Shown here piece after piece: positions 48,879 through 59,065 of a stretch of 64,000 nt of DNA (the first letter of the stretch is position 1; every line of letters starts with the position of its first letter). Both the position numbers and the translations under genes were made by a program. The DNA lies in contig CBDAOB010000005.1 in the NCBI GenBank assembly GCA_965197905.1, positions 160,001-224,000 of the forward strand, written 5' to 3'. Under the pieces are notes generated by a model, which searched no databases, was not told where the DNA came from, and worked only from the letters and a program-made list of their open reading frames with translations. This DNA is from Candidatus Latescibacterota bacterium (lineage in GTDB: Bacteria; Latescibacterota; UBA2968; UBA8231).

Positions 48879-50857
48879 TCTTGAAGTCCTTGTGGAATGA
48901 GCAGGAAGCGGCCCGCTTCGGTGCCGACGCGCTGAGTCAACGCGTCTACACTTCCAGGCTGTTGGGGCGTGACCCGAGTCTGGTTCTGCACGGGGGCGGC
49001 AACACCTCCGTGAAGGATCAGGCGACCAACCTCTTCGGGGATCGGGAAGAGGTGATCTACATAAAGGGAAGTGGGTGGGATCTGGAAACGATCGAACCCG
49101 CCGGTTTCGCCCCGGTGAAGTTGGATGTGCTTCTGCGCATGGCCGCGCTCGAGAGCCTGGCCGACGTCGAGATGGTGAAAGGTCAGCGCGCGGCGATGAT
49201 CGATCCGTCCGCGCCCAATCCTTCGGTGGAGGCGATTCTGCACGGATTGATTCCGTTGAAGTTCGTCGACCACACCCACGCCGATGCGATTCTCGCCATC
49301 ACCAATACGGCCGACGGTGAAGAGCGGATTCGCGACCTGCTCGGCGACAACATCCTCGTCGTGCCCTACGTCATGCCCGGTTTCAAGCTGGCGCGGAAGG
49401 TCTACGAGCTCAGCCGCGAGGTGGACTGGCAGCGGCTCGAATGCATGATCCTGCTGAACCACGGCATCTTCACCTTTGCCGACAGCGCCAGGGATTCCTA
49501 CGAGAAGATGATTGCGGTGGTGCATCGGGCCGAGGAGTACGTTCGCGGGAAAGCAGCGAAGAAGCCGGGCATCGACTCAGCCGGGGTCAAAGAGGTGAAC
49601 CTGCTGGAGCTGGCACGGCTGCGGAGTGCTACCTCCAGAGCTCGCGGTTGTCCGGTGCTGGCCAATCTGCACCAGGATCTGGAGAGCCTCGGGTTTGTCC
49701 AGCGAGCGGGTCTGCAGGAGATCGCCTCGCGTGGACCGCAGACCCCCGATCATGCATCCCGCAGCAAAGGAACCCCGCTGGTCGTGAACGGCGATCTGGA
49801 GCAGTGCGTGCAGCAGTATGCCGAGGCCTACATGGCCTACTTCCAGCGGCGGAACCCGGGTGGGTTGACCCCGCTCGACCCGGCGCCGCGCTGGGCACTC
49901 TGGCCCGGCCAGGGTATGGTCTCGCTCGGCCGCACCCTGAAGGAGAACCGGGTGATCGGCGATATCGCGGCGCACACTATGCAGACCATCGGGTGGGCCG
50001 AAGGGTTGGGTGGTTGGCGCGCATTGCCGGAGAGCTCGGTCTTCGACGTGGAGTACTGGGATCTGCAGCAAGCCAAAGCGAAACTCCAGCCCCAACCCCT
50101 GCCTCTGCAGGGTCGCGTGGCGCTGGTGACCGGCGCCGCCAGCGGCATAGGCCGTGCCTGCGCCCAATCGTTGTGCGAACAGGGTGCGGTGGTGTCGGCC
50201 CTGGATATCCGCGAGGACATCGCCGCCTGCTTCGACCAGGAGGAGATTTTCGGGCAGGTCTGTGACGTCACCCGGAACGATCAGCTCAAAGGCTGCGTTG
50301 CGGCGACGGTCCGCCGCTTCGGGGGGCTGGACATTCTGGTCTGCAACGCCGGACTCTTTCCGTCCAGTCAACGAATCGCCGACCTCACGGAGGAGAACTG
50401 GGAACGCAGCCTCTCGGTGAATCTGTCCAGCAATCGGGCTCTGCTCACCGCCGCGGTTCCGTACCTGGAACTGGGTCTGGATCCGGCCGTGGTGATCATC
50501 GCCTCCAAGAACGTCCCGGCACCTGGCCCCGGAGCCGCCGCGTATTCCGTCGCCAAAGCCGGCCTCACCCAGCTGGCTCGCGTGGCCGCCCTCGAATTCG
50601 CGGATCAGGGTATCCGGGTGAACATTCTCCATCCCAATGCGGTCTTCGACACTGCCCTGTGGACCGAAGAGCTGCTAAAGAGCCGGGCCGCCCACTACGG
50701 CATGACGGTGGAGGAGTACAAGACCAACAATCTGTTGCACAAAGAGGTAACCTCGCGCGATGTGGCGGCTCTGGCCTGCGCCATGGCCGGAGCGCTGTTC
50801 GCCAAAACGACCGGAGCACAGGTTCCCATCGACGGCGGCAACGAGCGGGTCGTCTGA
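48875..50857 (+). CDS. Bifunctional class II aldolase / short-chain dehydrogenase (RhaD-like fusion)
   Basis: LVLHGGGNTSVK, PSVE..LH, DHTH, EYW.L; TGAASGIG, YSVAK. Confidence 0.9.
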   Translation: MILKSLWNEQEAARFGADALSQRVYTSRLLGRDPSLVLHGGGNTSVKDQATNLFGDREEVIYIKGSGWDLETIEPAGFAPVKLDVLLRMAALESLADVEMVKGQRAAMIDPSAPNPSVEAILHGLIPLKFVDHTHADAILAITNTADGEERIRDLLGDNILVVPYVMPGFKLARKVYELSREVDWQRLECMILLNHGIFTFADSARDSYEKMIAVVHRAEEYVRGKAAKKPGIDSAGVKEVNLLELARLRSATSRARGCPVLANLHQDLESLGFVQRAGLQEIASRGPQTPDHASRSKGTPLVVNGDLEQCVQQYAEAYMAYFQRRNPGGLTPLDPAPRWALWPGQGMVSLGRTLKENRVIGDIAAHTMQTIGWAEGLGGWRALPESSVFDVEYWDLQQAKAKLQPQPLPLQGRVALVTGAASGIGRACAQSLCEQGAVVSALDIREDIAACFDQEEIFGQVCDVTRNDQLKGCVAATVRRFGGLDILVCNAGLFPSSQRIADLTEENWERSLSVNLSSNRALLTAAVPYLELGLDPAVVIIASKNVPAPGPGAAAYSVAKAGLTQLARVAALEFADQGIRVNILHPNAVFDTALWTEELLKSRAAHYGMTVEEYKTNNLLHKEVTSRDVAALACAMAGALFAKTTGAQVPIDGGNERVV

Positions 50858-50885
50858 ACGATTCTCCCGAGAGGTGGGTCTGCCC

Positions 50886-52550
50886 ATGAGATTTCGAGAC
50901 GCCAAGCTGGCGACCAAGCAGAGCATCGGACTGGGTTTGATCTTCGCCATATTGGCGTTGGGGAATTTCTACTCCCTGCGCAAAATGGCGACCATTGAGA
51001 GCGAGATCGATGAAGTGACCTCCAATCGCCTGCCCCGCGCGATCGCCGTTTCCGATATCAGTCTCAGCACCTCCAATCTGCGCACCGCCCAGCTGCAGTA
51101 CGCGCTGACCCGCGACCCAGATCGAAAACGGGAGCAAGCCGCCGCCATGCTCGCTTTGTTGGAGCGTATCGATGACGACCGCGATCGCTACGAGCGGTTG
51201 AAGCGGGCCTCGGAAATGCGCGATCTCTATTCCGACCGCGAGCGGGCGTTGTACGAACAGAGCTTCGAGCCCAAGTGGGAGCGCTATCTGGACCTTTCCT
51301 ACGAGCTCGTGCAGATAGCAGCGCAAGAGGACAACCGCGCGGCTGTCGACCTCTTGGTGGGAGAGGGACGCCGGGTCTTCGAGGATTTTGGGCGGGATCT
51401 GGAAGGGCTGGTGGACGCGAACAAGACCGATTCCTACGAGGCTGGTGCGCGGGCGGAGTTCGCATTTCACGCGGCCCGCAGATTTAATCTGACCCTGCTG
51501 GTAGTTACGCTGCTGGTCTCCGCCCTGGTGGCTGTGGCTCTCGTGCGGCTCATCACCGTGCCGGTGCAGCAGCTGGAACGGGCAGCCGAGCAGGTGGCCG
51601 CTGGCCATCTGGAGACGCGGGTGGATATCGACCGCGGGGACGAGATCGGCAGTCTCGGCAATTCGTTTGATCAAATGACCCGGTCGTTGCAGGAAACCCG
51701 AGAACGAACGCGCCAGCAAGCGGAGGAGCTGCGGGTTCAGCACGAGACGGTGCAGGCGAAGAACCGCGATCTGGAGCAGGCGATGCAGCAGCTGCGGGAA
51801 AGCCAGGAGCAGCTGGTGATGCGGGAAAAGATGGCGGCGCTGGGCGATCTGGTTGCGGGGGTCGCCCACGAAATCAACAGTCCGATCGGCACCGTTACCA
51901 GTTCGACCGATGTCTCGCAACGCTGTTTGCAGCGCGTCGGGTCGGCGGTCGAGGAGGCGGCCACTCTCGGGGGGCTTCGCGATGATCGCTCGTTCCGCCA
52001 GGCCATGGAGCTTTTGGGAGCAAATACCACTAACATCGCCACCGCGAGTACGCGCATCACGACCCTGGTGGATAGCCTCAAGAACTTCGCGCGCCTGGAC
52101 GAAGCGGAGCGTCAGCAGGTAGATATCACCGAAGGTATCGAGAGCAGCCTCACTCTGATGGAGCACGAGTTCCGGGGCCGCGCCTCCGTGGAGACGGAGT
52201 TCGGCGATTTGCCGGAGATTCAGTGTTACCCGGGCCAGCTGAATCAGGTTTTTATTAGTTTACTGAAGAACGCCGCCCAATCGATCGAGAGTTCGGGCAC
52301 CATACGGATCCGCAGCTGGAGCGAGAACGACAAGGTGGTGGTCAGGATCTCGGATACGGGGTCCGGGATTCCTCGCGAAAAACTGGATCGCATCTTCGAT
52401 TTCGGCTTCAGCGCCGGGGGCACGCGGGTAAAGCTGGCCTCCGGACTTTCAACCGCTTACAACATCGTGCAGAACCACAATGGATCCATCGATATCGAAA
52501 GCGAGGTCGGCAGTGGCACCACGGTTTCATTAACTCTGCCCATCACATGA
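50886..52550 (+). CDS. Membrane histidine kinase with four-helix-bundle sensor and HAMP
   Basis: Two TM helices, DEIGSLGNSFDQM HAMP, AGVAHEINSP, DTGSGI. Confidence 0.9.
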   Translation: MRFRDAKLATKQSIGLGLIFAILALGNFYSLRKMATIESEIDEVTSNRLPRAIAVSDISLSTSNLRTAQLQYALTRDPDRKREQAAAMLALLERIDDDRDRYERLKRASEMRDLYSDRERALYEQSFEPKWERYLDLSYELVQIAAQEDNRAAVDLLVGEGRRVFEDFGRDLEGLVDANKTDSYEAGARAEFAFHAARRFNLTLLVVTLLVSALVAVALVRLITVPVQQLERAAEQVAAGHLETRVDIDRGDEIGSLGNSFDQMTRSLQETRERTRQQAEELRVQHETVQAKNRDLEQAMQQLRESQEQLVMREKMAALGDLVAGVAHEINSPIGTVTSSTDVSQRCLQRVGSAVEEAATLGGLRDDRSFRQAMELLGANTTNIATASTRITTLVDSLKNFARLDEAERQQVDITEGIESSLTLMEHEFRGRASVETEFGDLPEIQCYPGQLNQVFISLLKNAAQSIESSGTIRIRSWSENDKVVVRISDTGSGIPREKLDRIFDFGFSAGGTRVKLASGLSTAYNIVQNHNGSIDIESEVGSGTTVSLTLPIT

Positions 52551-53269
52551 TTGTCGGACAAGGTGAAGCGATGACGAGCAACCACAGTTTCGGTAGATCT
52601 GGGAGGATGATCGCCAGACCTACGCCAGCCACGCTAGCCCGCGTTGTGATCTGCACCCTCGTTGTGCTGTGTGTTAGCGGCACTGACGCCGAAACGGTGG
52701 TCGAATCGCAGCTGAAGAAGCGTGATATGGAGCCAGGTGAACGCTGCCTCGTCTGCGGAACCGAACTCAGCGGGAAAAACGGTCTCGCTTTCTACTACCG
52801 CGGGCGTCCTATCGCTATCACTGCCGCCCACCTCCAGACCTTCCTGCAGAATCCCGACCGCTACTTCAAACATCTCGAAGTCCGCGGCGCGCTTTTCCAG
52901 GAAGGGTCGGCTCGGCAGATCGGCAGCGAATGGTTGCTATTGGGCGTGTGGGTGCTGCTCGGTCTGGTGGGCGCAGCGGTCTGCACCGGAGTAGCGCTGC
53001 GCAAAGGGCTGTCTCCGTTGACCTGGTTCGCCGCGGGGTTGATCGTCAATATCGTGGCTGTGGTACTCGTGCTGGCGCGGTCGTCTGTCCAAAAAGTAGA
53101 TCTTCCCCCTAGGCTGGCCAAGATTCCGAACACGCTTCCGCCCGACGTGTGCCCCAAGTGCGGCGGGCGCAATCATCCCACGGCGCGCCGCTGCAGCGAA
53201 TGCGGTGCAGCTCTGGAACCAGCCGCCGATTCCGATGTCGACCGGGTCGGACTGCGGACGGGGGAGTGA
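52547..53269 (+). CDS. Membrane protein with YHS-like domain and C-terminal zinc ribbon
   Basis: CLVCG...YRGR...FLQNPDRYF; two TM helices; CPKCG...CSECG. Confidence 0.7.
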   Translation: MIVGQGEAMTSNHSFGRSGRMIARPTPATLARVVICTLVVLCVSGTDAETVVESQLKKRDMEPGERCLVCGTELSGKNGLAFYYRGRPIAITAAHLQTFLQNPDRYFKHLEVRGALFQEGSARQIGSEWLLLGVWVLLGLVGAAVCTGVALRKGLSPLTWFAAGLIVNIVAVVLVLARSSVQKVDLPPRLAKIPNTLPPDVCPKCGGRNHPTARRCSECGAALEPAADSDVDRVGLRTGE

Positions 53270-53272
53270 AGC

Positions 53273-55540
53273 ATGTTTAATTCCGTGCAGACCTGGTTCG
53301 AAGAGAATCTGTTCGCTTCCGCCGACGGGCCCAACCGTCGACCACAACTCTCCGCCCACAATGAAAGCAATATCCCGGGGCTGTTCGTGGTGGGGGATCT
53401 CGCCGGTGCTCCGGTGATCAAGCTGGCGATGGAGCAGGGTTACAACGTCATCGAGCATATCTCCTCCCTCAAGTCTCCCAGCTCCGCTACGGGCGAGGAT
53501 CTGTTGGACGTGCTGGTGGTGGGGGCCGGCGCCGCCGGTCTCAACGCGACCCTCGCCGCCAAGGACAAAGGACTCTCCTGCGTGCTGCTGGAGAAAGCGA
53601 AGATCGCCAATACCATCGAGAACTTCCCCGAAGGAAAGTGGGTCTACGCCGAGCCCGACAAAACGCCGCCGAAGGGCAAGCTGTGGTTGGACGGTGCGCA
53701 AAAGGAAGACCTGATCCATCGCTGGAATCAGATCGTCGAGGAGAACCAGCTGGACGTACGGGTGGAAGAGCCGCTGACGGCGGTCGCCAAGAAGGACGTT
53801 TTTTTCGAGGCGACAACGCCGAAAGAGACCTACCGCGCGCGCTGGATCGTGCTGGCTACCGGTCAGCGGGGCAATCCGCGAAAGCTGGATGTCGACGGTG
53901 AGGAACAGGAGCATGTCTATCACCGGCTTTACAGTCCGAAGGCGTACAAGGACGAAGACATCCTGGTTGTGGGGGGTGGGAACAGCGCTATCGAAGCGGC
54001 CCTGACCCTGTCCGCACAAAACAGGGTCGTGCTCTCCTATCGCAGCGCCGAGTTCTCCCGTCTGTTCAAAGACAATCGGCAGATGCTGGACGAAGCGGTG
54101 GCGGCGGGCAAGATCCGCGTTCTGTTCAGCTCGAACGTACAGCGCTTCGACTCCGACAAGGCGGTGCTGTCGGTAGGTGAAGGAGCCGAAACGGAGTCGA
54201 TTCCGCTACATCACGCCTTCGTGCTGGTCGGCTCGGAGGTCCCGGTCCGCTTCTTGAAAACCCTCGGCATCAAGCTGGAGAACGAGTGGAGCGGCTCGCT
54301 GTCGCGCAGCTTCCTGCTTTCTTTGGTGGCGCTGGCCGGCCTGTGGATCTTCGGCGGACAAACCGGATGGCCGAGCCTCGATCAGGGATCGCTCTCGTGG
54401 GGAGGCGGTGCCGTGGCCCTGGCGGCGGTGGTTGCCTTGATCCAACTCGGTCGCGGCGGCGATCGCTGGGCATGGCTGGGTATCTCGTTCATGGTCTGGT
54501 ATGCCATCTACGGCATCAAGGTGGGCACCGGCGAGGAGTTCTGGCCGTTCAAGAACTGGGGCTACGCCGCCCTTTCGTTCCTCGATCGTCCGTGGAGCTT
54601 TTGGTACACCGTCATCTACACGGTGTTGATGACGGCATTCGGCGTGCAGGCGCTGAAACGCTGGGGCCTGGACCGCAAGGACCGATTTCAGATCTGGCGC
54701 TTCGTCAGCCTGCTGGGGTTTCAATGGCTGTTCTTCTTCGTCATTCCCGAGTTTCTCTTCCAGTGGGCGGTGAACTACCAGTGGGTGGGGGAGCTGGCGA
54801 ACGATCCGGTGTTCGCCGACCAGTCGTGGCGCAGCTACGGCATCGTCTACGCCTGGCCCCTCTTCTTCTACACCTTCTTCTACAATCCTCACCACATCTG
54901 GGTGATATGGGGCGTGCTGCTGACCTTCGGAATCATTCCGCTGTTCGTGCTTTTCAACGGCAAGCGCTACTGCTCCTGGATATGCGGGTGCGGCGGTCTC
55001 GCCGAAACCTTCGGCGATCGCTGGCGCCACCTGGCACCGAAAGGCAAGACCGCCATACGCTGGGAGAAGATGAACCTGGTGATCTTGGTGTTCGCCACGC
55101 TCGTAACGATCGTGATGCTGTCGCGGGATCTGTGGGGACTGTTTGGCGGCGGAACGGCGGACCTCTCCATGGCTGTCTACCGCATCTCGGTCGACGTGTG
55201 GCTCATCGGTATTCTTCCGGTTACGCTTTATCCCTTTCTCGGCGGTAAGGTCTGGTGCCGCTACTGGTGCCCATTGGCCAAACTCATGGACATCATGTCG
55301 AAGATCTACGTGAGGTTTGGCGTCAGCCGCTACCACATCCAGTCGAACGACAAATGCATCTCCTGCTACGAGTGCTCGCGCAACTGCCTCGTGGGCATCG
55401 ACGTGATGTCATACGCCATGAAGCAGGAGACCTTGAACAACAGCAACAGCTCGTGCATCGGTTGTGGAGTCTGCGTCACCGTCTGTCCCATGGACGTTTT
55501 GGTCTTCGAACCGAAACCAAAGCAGCTTGCGGTTTCCTGA
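53273..55540 (+). CDS. FAD/NAD(P)-dependent TrxB/YpdA-like oxidoreductase fused to NapH-like 4Fe-4S membrane domain
   Basis: GAGAAG, ATG, GGGNSA; multiple TM helices; YCSWICGCG, WCRYWCP, two CxxCxxCxxxC motifs. Confidence 0.85.
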   Translation: MFNSVQTWFEENLFASADGPNRRPQLSAHNESNIPGLFVVGDLAGAPVIKLAMEQGYNVIEHISSLKSPSSATGEDLLDVLVVGAGAAGLNATLAAKDKGLSCVLLEKAKIANTIENFPEGKWVYAEPDKTPPKGKLWLDGAQKEDLIHRWNQIVEENQLDVRVEEPLTAVAKKDVFFEATTPKETYRARWIVLATGQRGNPRKLDVDGEEQEHVYHRLYSPKAYKDEDILVVGGGNSAIEAALTLSAQNRVVLSYRSAEFSRLFKDNRQMLDEAVAAGKIRVLFSSNVQRFDSDKAVLSVGEGAETESIPLHHAFVLVGSEVPVRFLKTLGIKLENEWSGSLSRSFLLSLVALAGLWIFGGQTGWPSLDQGSLSWGGGAVALAAVVALIQLGRGGDRWAWLGISFMVWYAIYGIKVGTGEEFWPFKNWGYAALSFLDRPWSFWYTVIYTVLMTAFGVQALKRWGLDRKDRFQIWRFVSLLGFQWLFFFVIPEFLFQWAVNYQWVGELANDPVFADQSWRSYGIVYAWPLFFYTFFYNPHHIWVIWGVLLTFGIIPLFVLFNGKRYCSWICGCGGLAETFGDRWRHLAPKGKTAIRWEKMNLVILVFATLVTIVMLSRDLWGLFGGGTADLSMAVYRISVDVWLIGILPVTLYPFLGGKVWCRYWCPLAKLMDIMSKIYVRFGVSRYHIQSNDKCISCYECSRNCLVGIDVMSYAMKQETLNNSNSSCIGCGVCVTVCPMDVLVFEPKPKQLAVS

Positions 55541-55724
55541 TATATCCTTGCGTTAGGCGCGTCCCGACGACGTTATTAGAGTGTAGATGCTCGACGCCGG
55601 ACGGCGATTTGTCACCGGACTAGGACAACAACATCTCCCCAGCTCCCCCCAGTTTCTCTTCCAGGAAAACGGCGCCACCCGCGTGGCTGGCTCCAGTAAC
55701 GGACGCAACGATTCTCGAGGATAG

Positions 55725-57356
55725 ATGGCAAAGAGCAAGACCACCAAGGTTTCCAAGGCCAAACGATCGAGTGTGAGCGCGGCCAAGAAACCTGCGCCGT
55801 TGTCAAACGGCCGGGCCAACGCCCAGACCATGGCGACACAGCAGCGCGAGATCTCCATCTCCGAATTCTTCAGTCGCAACCGCCACCTGTTGGGGTTCGA
55901 CAATCCTCGCCGCGCGCTGCTCACCGGAGTCAAAGAGGCGGTAGACAACAGTCTGGACGCCTGCGAAGAAGCGGGCATTCTCCCCGAAATCATGGTGGCG
56001 ATAGAGCAGATCTCCGAGGACCGTTACGTGATGCGGGTACAGGACAACGGTCCTGGCATCGTCAAGAATCAGATTCCCAACATCTTCGGCAAGCTGCTCT
56101 ACGGCTCGAAGTTCCACCGCTTGAAGATGTCCCGCGGACAGCAGGGCATCGGTATCTCCGCCGCCAGCATGTACGGACAGCTCACGACCGGCAAACCGAC
56201 TCGAATCATCTCGCGCACCGGCCCGGGAAAAACGGCCCATCTCTACGAGATCCAGATCGATACGACCCGCAACAAACCGACCATCGTCAGGGATTTGGAG
56301 GAGGAGTGGGATGTGTTGCGGGGAACGGCGGTGGAGATCGAGATGGAAGCGCGGTATCTGCGCGGACGGCAGTCGGTGGACGAGTATCTGCGACAGACCT
56401 CCCTTGCCAACCCCCACTTGAGTTTGATCTACCGGTCGCCAGACGGTCGCGAAATCAAATACGAGAACAGTGCCACCGAGCTTCCTCCGGAGCCGGTAGA
56501 GGTGAAACCTCATCCGCACGGGGTCGAGCTGGGAATGTTGATGAAGATGATGCAGGGATCCAAACATCGGTCCGTGCAGGCTTTTCTGACCCAGGAGTTC
56601 TCGCGCGTGTCCAGCCGCGCGGCCAAGGAGATCTGCGAGCGAGCACAACTGAAACCGAAGGCCAGACCGAAGAGCATCGCTCGCGAAGAGAGTGATCGCC
56701 TGTTCAAGGCGATCAACGACACCAAGCTGATGAAACCACCCACCAACTGCATCGTTCCGATCGGTGAAGAGCTACTGGAGCGCAGTCTGAAACAGAGCGT
56801 GGAGGCGGAGCTCTATGCTAGCGTGGCGCGGCCGCCGGCGGTCTATCGCGGCAATCCGTTCCAGGTAGAGGTGGCGATGGCGTATGGCGGCGATATCGAC
56901 CCGGAAGGTGCGGTCACCTTGATGCGTTTCGCCAACCGCGTGCCGTTGCTGTACCAGCAGGCGGCCTGTGTCATCACCAAGAGTGTGATGGATGTGGACT
57001 GGCGCAACTACCGGATGAGCCAGAGTTCCGGAGCCCTTCCCACGGGGCCGTTGATCATCATCGTACACGTGGGGTCGGTTTGGGTGCCGTTCACCTCGGA
57101 GAGCAAGGAGGCGGTGGCGCACTATCCCGAGCTCGTGCGCGAGATCCGTTTGGGCTTGCAGGAGTGCGGCCGCAAGGTGAGCGATTTTATAGGCCGCGCC
57201 CGACGCGACGCGGAGGCGGCCCGGAAGAAGTCCTACATCCAGCAATACATCGGGCATATCGCCGACGCGTTGCAGGAGCTGAACGGCGACAGCGATCGCC
57301 GCCGCAAAACCGTAGAAACCAACCTGCGTGATCTGTTGGAAAGGAGCCGGTCGTGA
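55725..57356 (+). CDS. top6B: DNA topoisomerase VI subunit B
   Basis: SISEFF..NRHLLGFDNP, KEAVDNSLDA, DNGPGI, SRGQQGIGISA, KPHPHG, RFANRVPL, WVPFTSESKEA. Confidence 0.95.
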   Translation: MAKSKTTKVSKAKRSSVSAAKKPAPLSNGRANAQTMATQQREISISEFFSRNRHLLGFDNPRRALLTGVKEAVDNSLDACEEAGILPEIMVAIEQISEDRYVMRVQDNGPGIVKNQIPNIFGKLLYGSKFHRLKMSRGQQGIGISAASMYGQLTTGKPTRIISRTGPGKTAHLYEIQIDTTRNKPTIVRDLEEEWDVLRGTAVEIEMEARYLRGRQSVDEYLRQTSLANPHLSLIYRSPDGREIKYENSATELPPEPVEVKPHPHGVELGMLMKMMQGSKHRSVQAFLTQEFSRVSSRAAKEICERAQLKPKARPKSIAREESDRLFKAINDTKLMKPPTNCIVPIGEELLERSLKQSVEAELYASVARPPAVYRGNPFQVEVAMAYGGDIDPEGAVTLMRFANRVPLLYQQAACVITKSVMDVDWRNYRMSQSSGALPTGPLIIIVHVGSVWVPFTSESKEAVAHYPELVREIRLGLQECGRKVSDFIGRARRDAEAARKKSYIQQYIGHIADALQELNGDSDRRRKTVETNLRDLLERSRS

Positions 57357-58438
57357 GCAAACTGGTAAAACAGCTGGAGAGGGAAGGCAAACGGATCCGC
57401 GACAAGATTCTCAAACGGCAGAAGCCGGCCATGAAGTTTCCATTGCGGGCCCTGAGCAACGTGCGTTTCGATCCCCGGGCCGGTTACTTCGAGATGGGAC
57501 GCAAAACGAAAGAACGCACGCTAACGGTGTCCACCGTGAAAACCTTCGCGCAGTCATTAAAGATGATCGTACTCTCGAAGATGTTGATCGAGACCGACGA
57601 CATCGCCACCAAGCGCGAAGCGTATTACGTCGCCAAGGGGTGGGATGAGGAGATTCGTTTCGCGGAGCAGGGTGAGTCGGACACTGTGTTGGACGATGTG
57701 GAGGCTCTTTTCCTGGTAAACCGGGAACAGCTGGGTTTCGTACCGGAAGAGAAGGGGGGGGAGGTGGCCGGCAACCTGGTCGTCATCGACAGCGACCGCG
57801 ACACCGGCGAAGAGCTGGAGATCGATTGCACCAAGTTCGGCTCCGGGGCGTATTCGATTCCGATTTCGGTGGAGGATCTGCGCTTTCGCTCAGACGCCAA
57901 ATTCGTTCTGGCGATCGAAACGGCGGGCATGTTTCAGCGGCTGGTCAAGCACAACTACTGGCGCACGGCCGACTGTATCCTCGTTTCCATGGGAGGCGTG
58001 CCCACTCGCGCCACTCGTCGTTTTATCCGCAGGTTGTCGGATGATCTGGATATTCCGGTGTACGCCTTTGTGGACTGCGATCCATACGGCATCTGCAACA
58101 TCTACCGGACCCTGAAGGTGGGCTCCGGCAACGCCGCCCACATCAACGAGTTCTTTTGTGTGCCCAAAGCCCGGTTTCTGGGCGTAACCCCCGACGACAT
58201 CGAATCCTACGGGCTGCCCACCCATAAGATGACCGAGGTGGACATCAAACGGATCGACGACGCTATCAAGAACGATCCGTTCGTGCAGCACTACAAGAAA
58301 TGGCAGCAGGCGTTACTGAAGTTGAAGGAATCGGGCTACCGCGCCGAGCAACAGGCGTTCGCCGTGCACAATCTGAACCATGTGATTTCTACCTACCTCC
58401 CGGAGAAGCTGGAGAACACCCGCGCTTTCCTTCCGTGA
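57353..58438 (+). CDS. top6A: DNA topoisomerase VI subunit A (Spo11-like)
   Basis: TKREAYY catalytic Tyr, FAEQGESD, TOPRIM VLAIET and DCDPYG, GGVPTRATRRF, RAEQQA. Confidence 0.95.
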   Translation: MSKLVKQLEREGKRIRDKILKRQKPAMKFPLRALSNVRFDPRAGYFEMGRKTKERTLTVSTVKTFAQSLKMIVLSKMLIETDDIATKREAYYVAKGWDEEIRFAEQGESDTVLDDVEALFLVNREQLGFVPEEKGGEVAGNLVVIDSDRDTGEELEIDCTKFGSGAYSIPISVEDLRFRSDAKFVLAIETAGMFQRLVKHNYWRTADCILVSMGGVPTRATRRFIRRLSDDLDIPVYAFVDCDPYGICNIYRTLKVGSGNAAHINEFFCVPKARFLGVTPDDIESYGLPTHKMTEVDIKRIDDAIKNDPFVQHYKKWQQALLKLKESGYRAEQQAFAVHNLNHVISTYLPEKLENTRAFLP

Positions 58439-58496
58439 GCTCGAGGCAGAGGGAGTCGCCCTGAAGCTCGGCGACCGAGGTCGCCAGTCCCGCTTC

Positions 58497-59024
58497 TCAC
58501 CGAGATTCCTCTAGTTCTCGCATGGTTTTGCCGGTGGCGCGTACCAGCTCGTCCTGCATCTTGAGGATGGTGGTGATATTCTCTTCCCTGAGGCGATTCG
58601 CGTTCACCAACCGGCTGCTGAGAATCGCCACGAGGTTTTTCAGCACCCTGATGTAGAGATCAGGATTCACCTCCAGCAGCTTTCCCAGTTCCGCTTTGGT
58701 AATGGCGATCCCTCTGGAGTTTTCGGCGGCGACGATGTCGGCCGAACGCGGCTCGCCGGTGAAAACACCCATCTCGCCGACCGAGGCACCGGGTGTGATC
58801 TCGGCAAGCAGCTCTCCTGTATTGCCGACCACGTTGATGCCTCCGGTAAGGAGAATCAGCATCTCGCGGCTCTGACTGCCCGCCGCGTAGACCTCATCGC
58901 CAGTCTCGAAATCCTTAAAGTGGCAGATCGGGAGCAGGCGTTGGACCTGCTCGGCGGCCAGCCCCTTGAAGAGCTCCAGTTTCTGGATAACTCTTACGAC
59001 CTGGTACTGTTTCTCGTTTACCAT
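58497..59024 (-). CDS. Cyclic nucleotide-binding domain protein
   Basis: LELFKGL, VGEMGVFTGEPRSA. Confidence 0.85.
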   Translation of the reverse strand: MVNEKQYQVVRVIQKLELFKGLAAEQVQRLLPICHFKDFETGDEVYAAGSQSREMLILLTGGINVVGNTGELLAEITPGASVGEMGVFTGEPRSADIVAAENSRGIAITKAELGKLLEVNPDLYIRVLKNLVAILSSRLVNANRLREENITTILKMQDELVRATGKTMRELEESR

Positions 59025-59065
59025 AAGTGCTTTGTGTATATGCCGTAGTTCGTGTCGGCAGTCCG

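Noticed and set aside
55725..58438. Wadjet JetD, Topo VIII or Mini-A defence/mobile interpretation
   Set aside because: Separate canonical B and A subunits with all Topo VI motifs; no SMC/jetABC or plasmid genes
58440..58496. GGCGACCGAGGTCGCC palindrome (also GTAG/CTAC-bounded spacers near 46270 and 48100) as MITEs
   Set aside because: No second copy in the window; more simply terminator- or REP-like spacers
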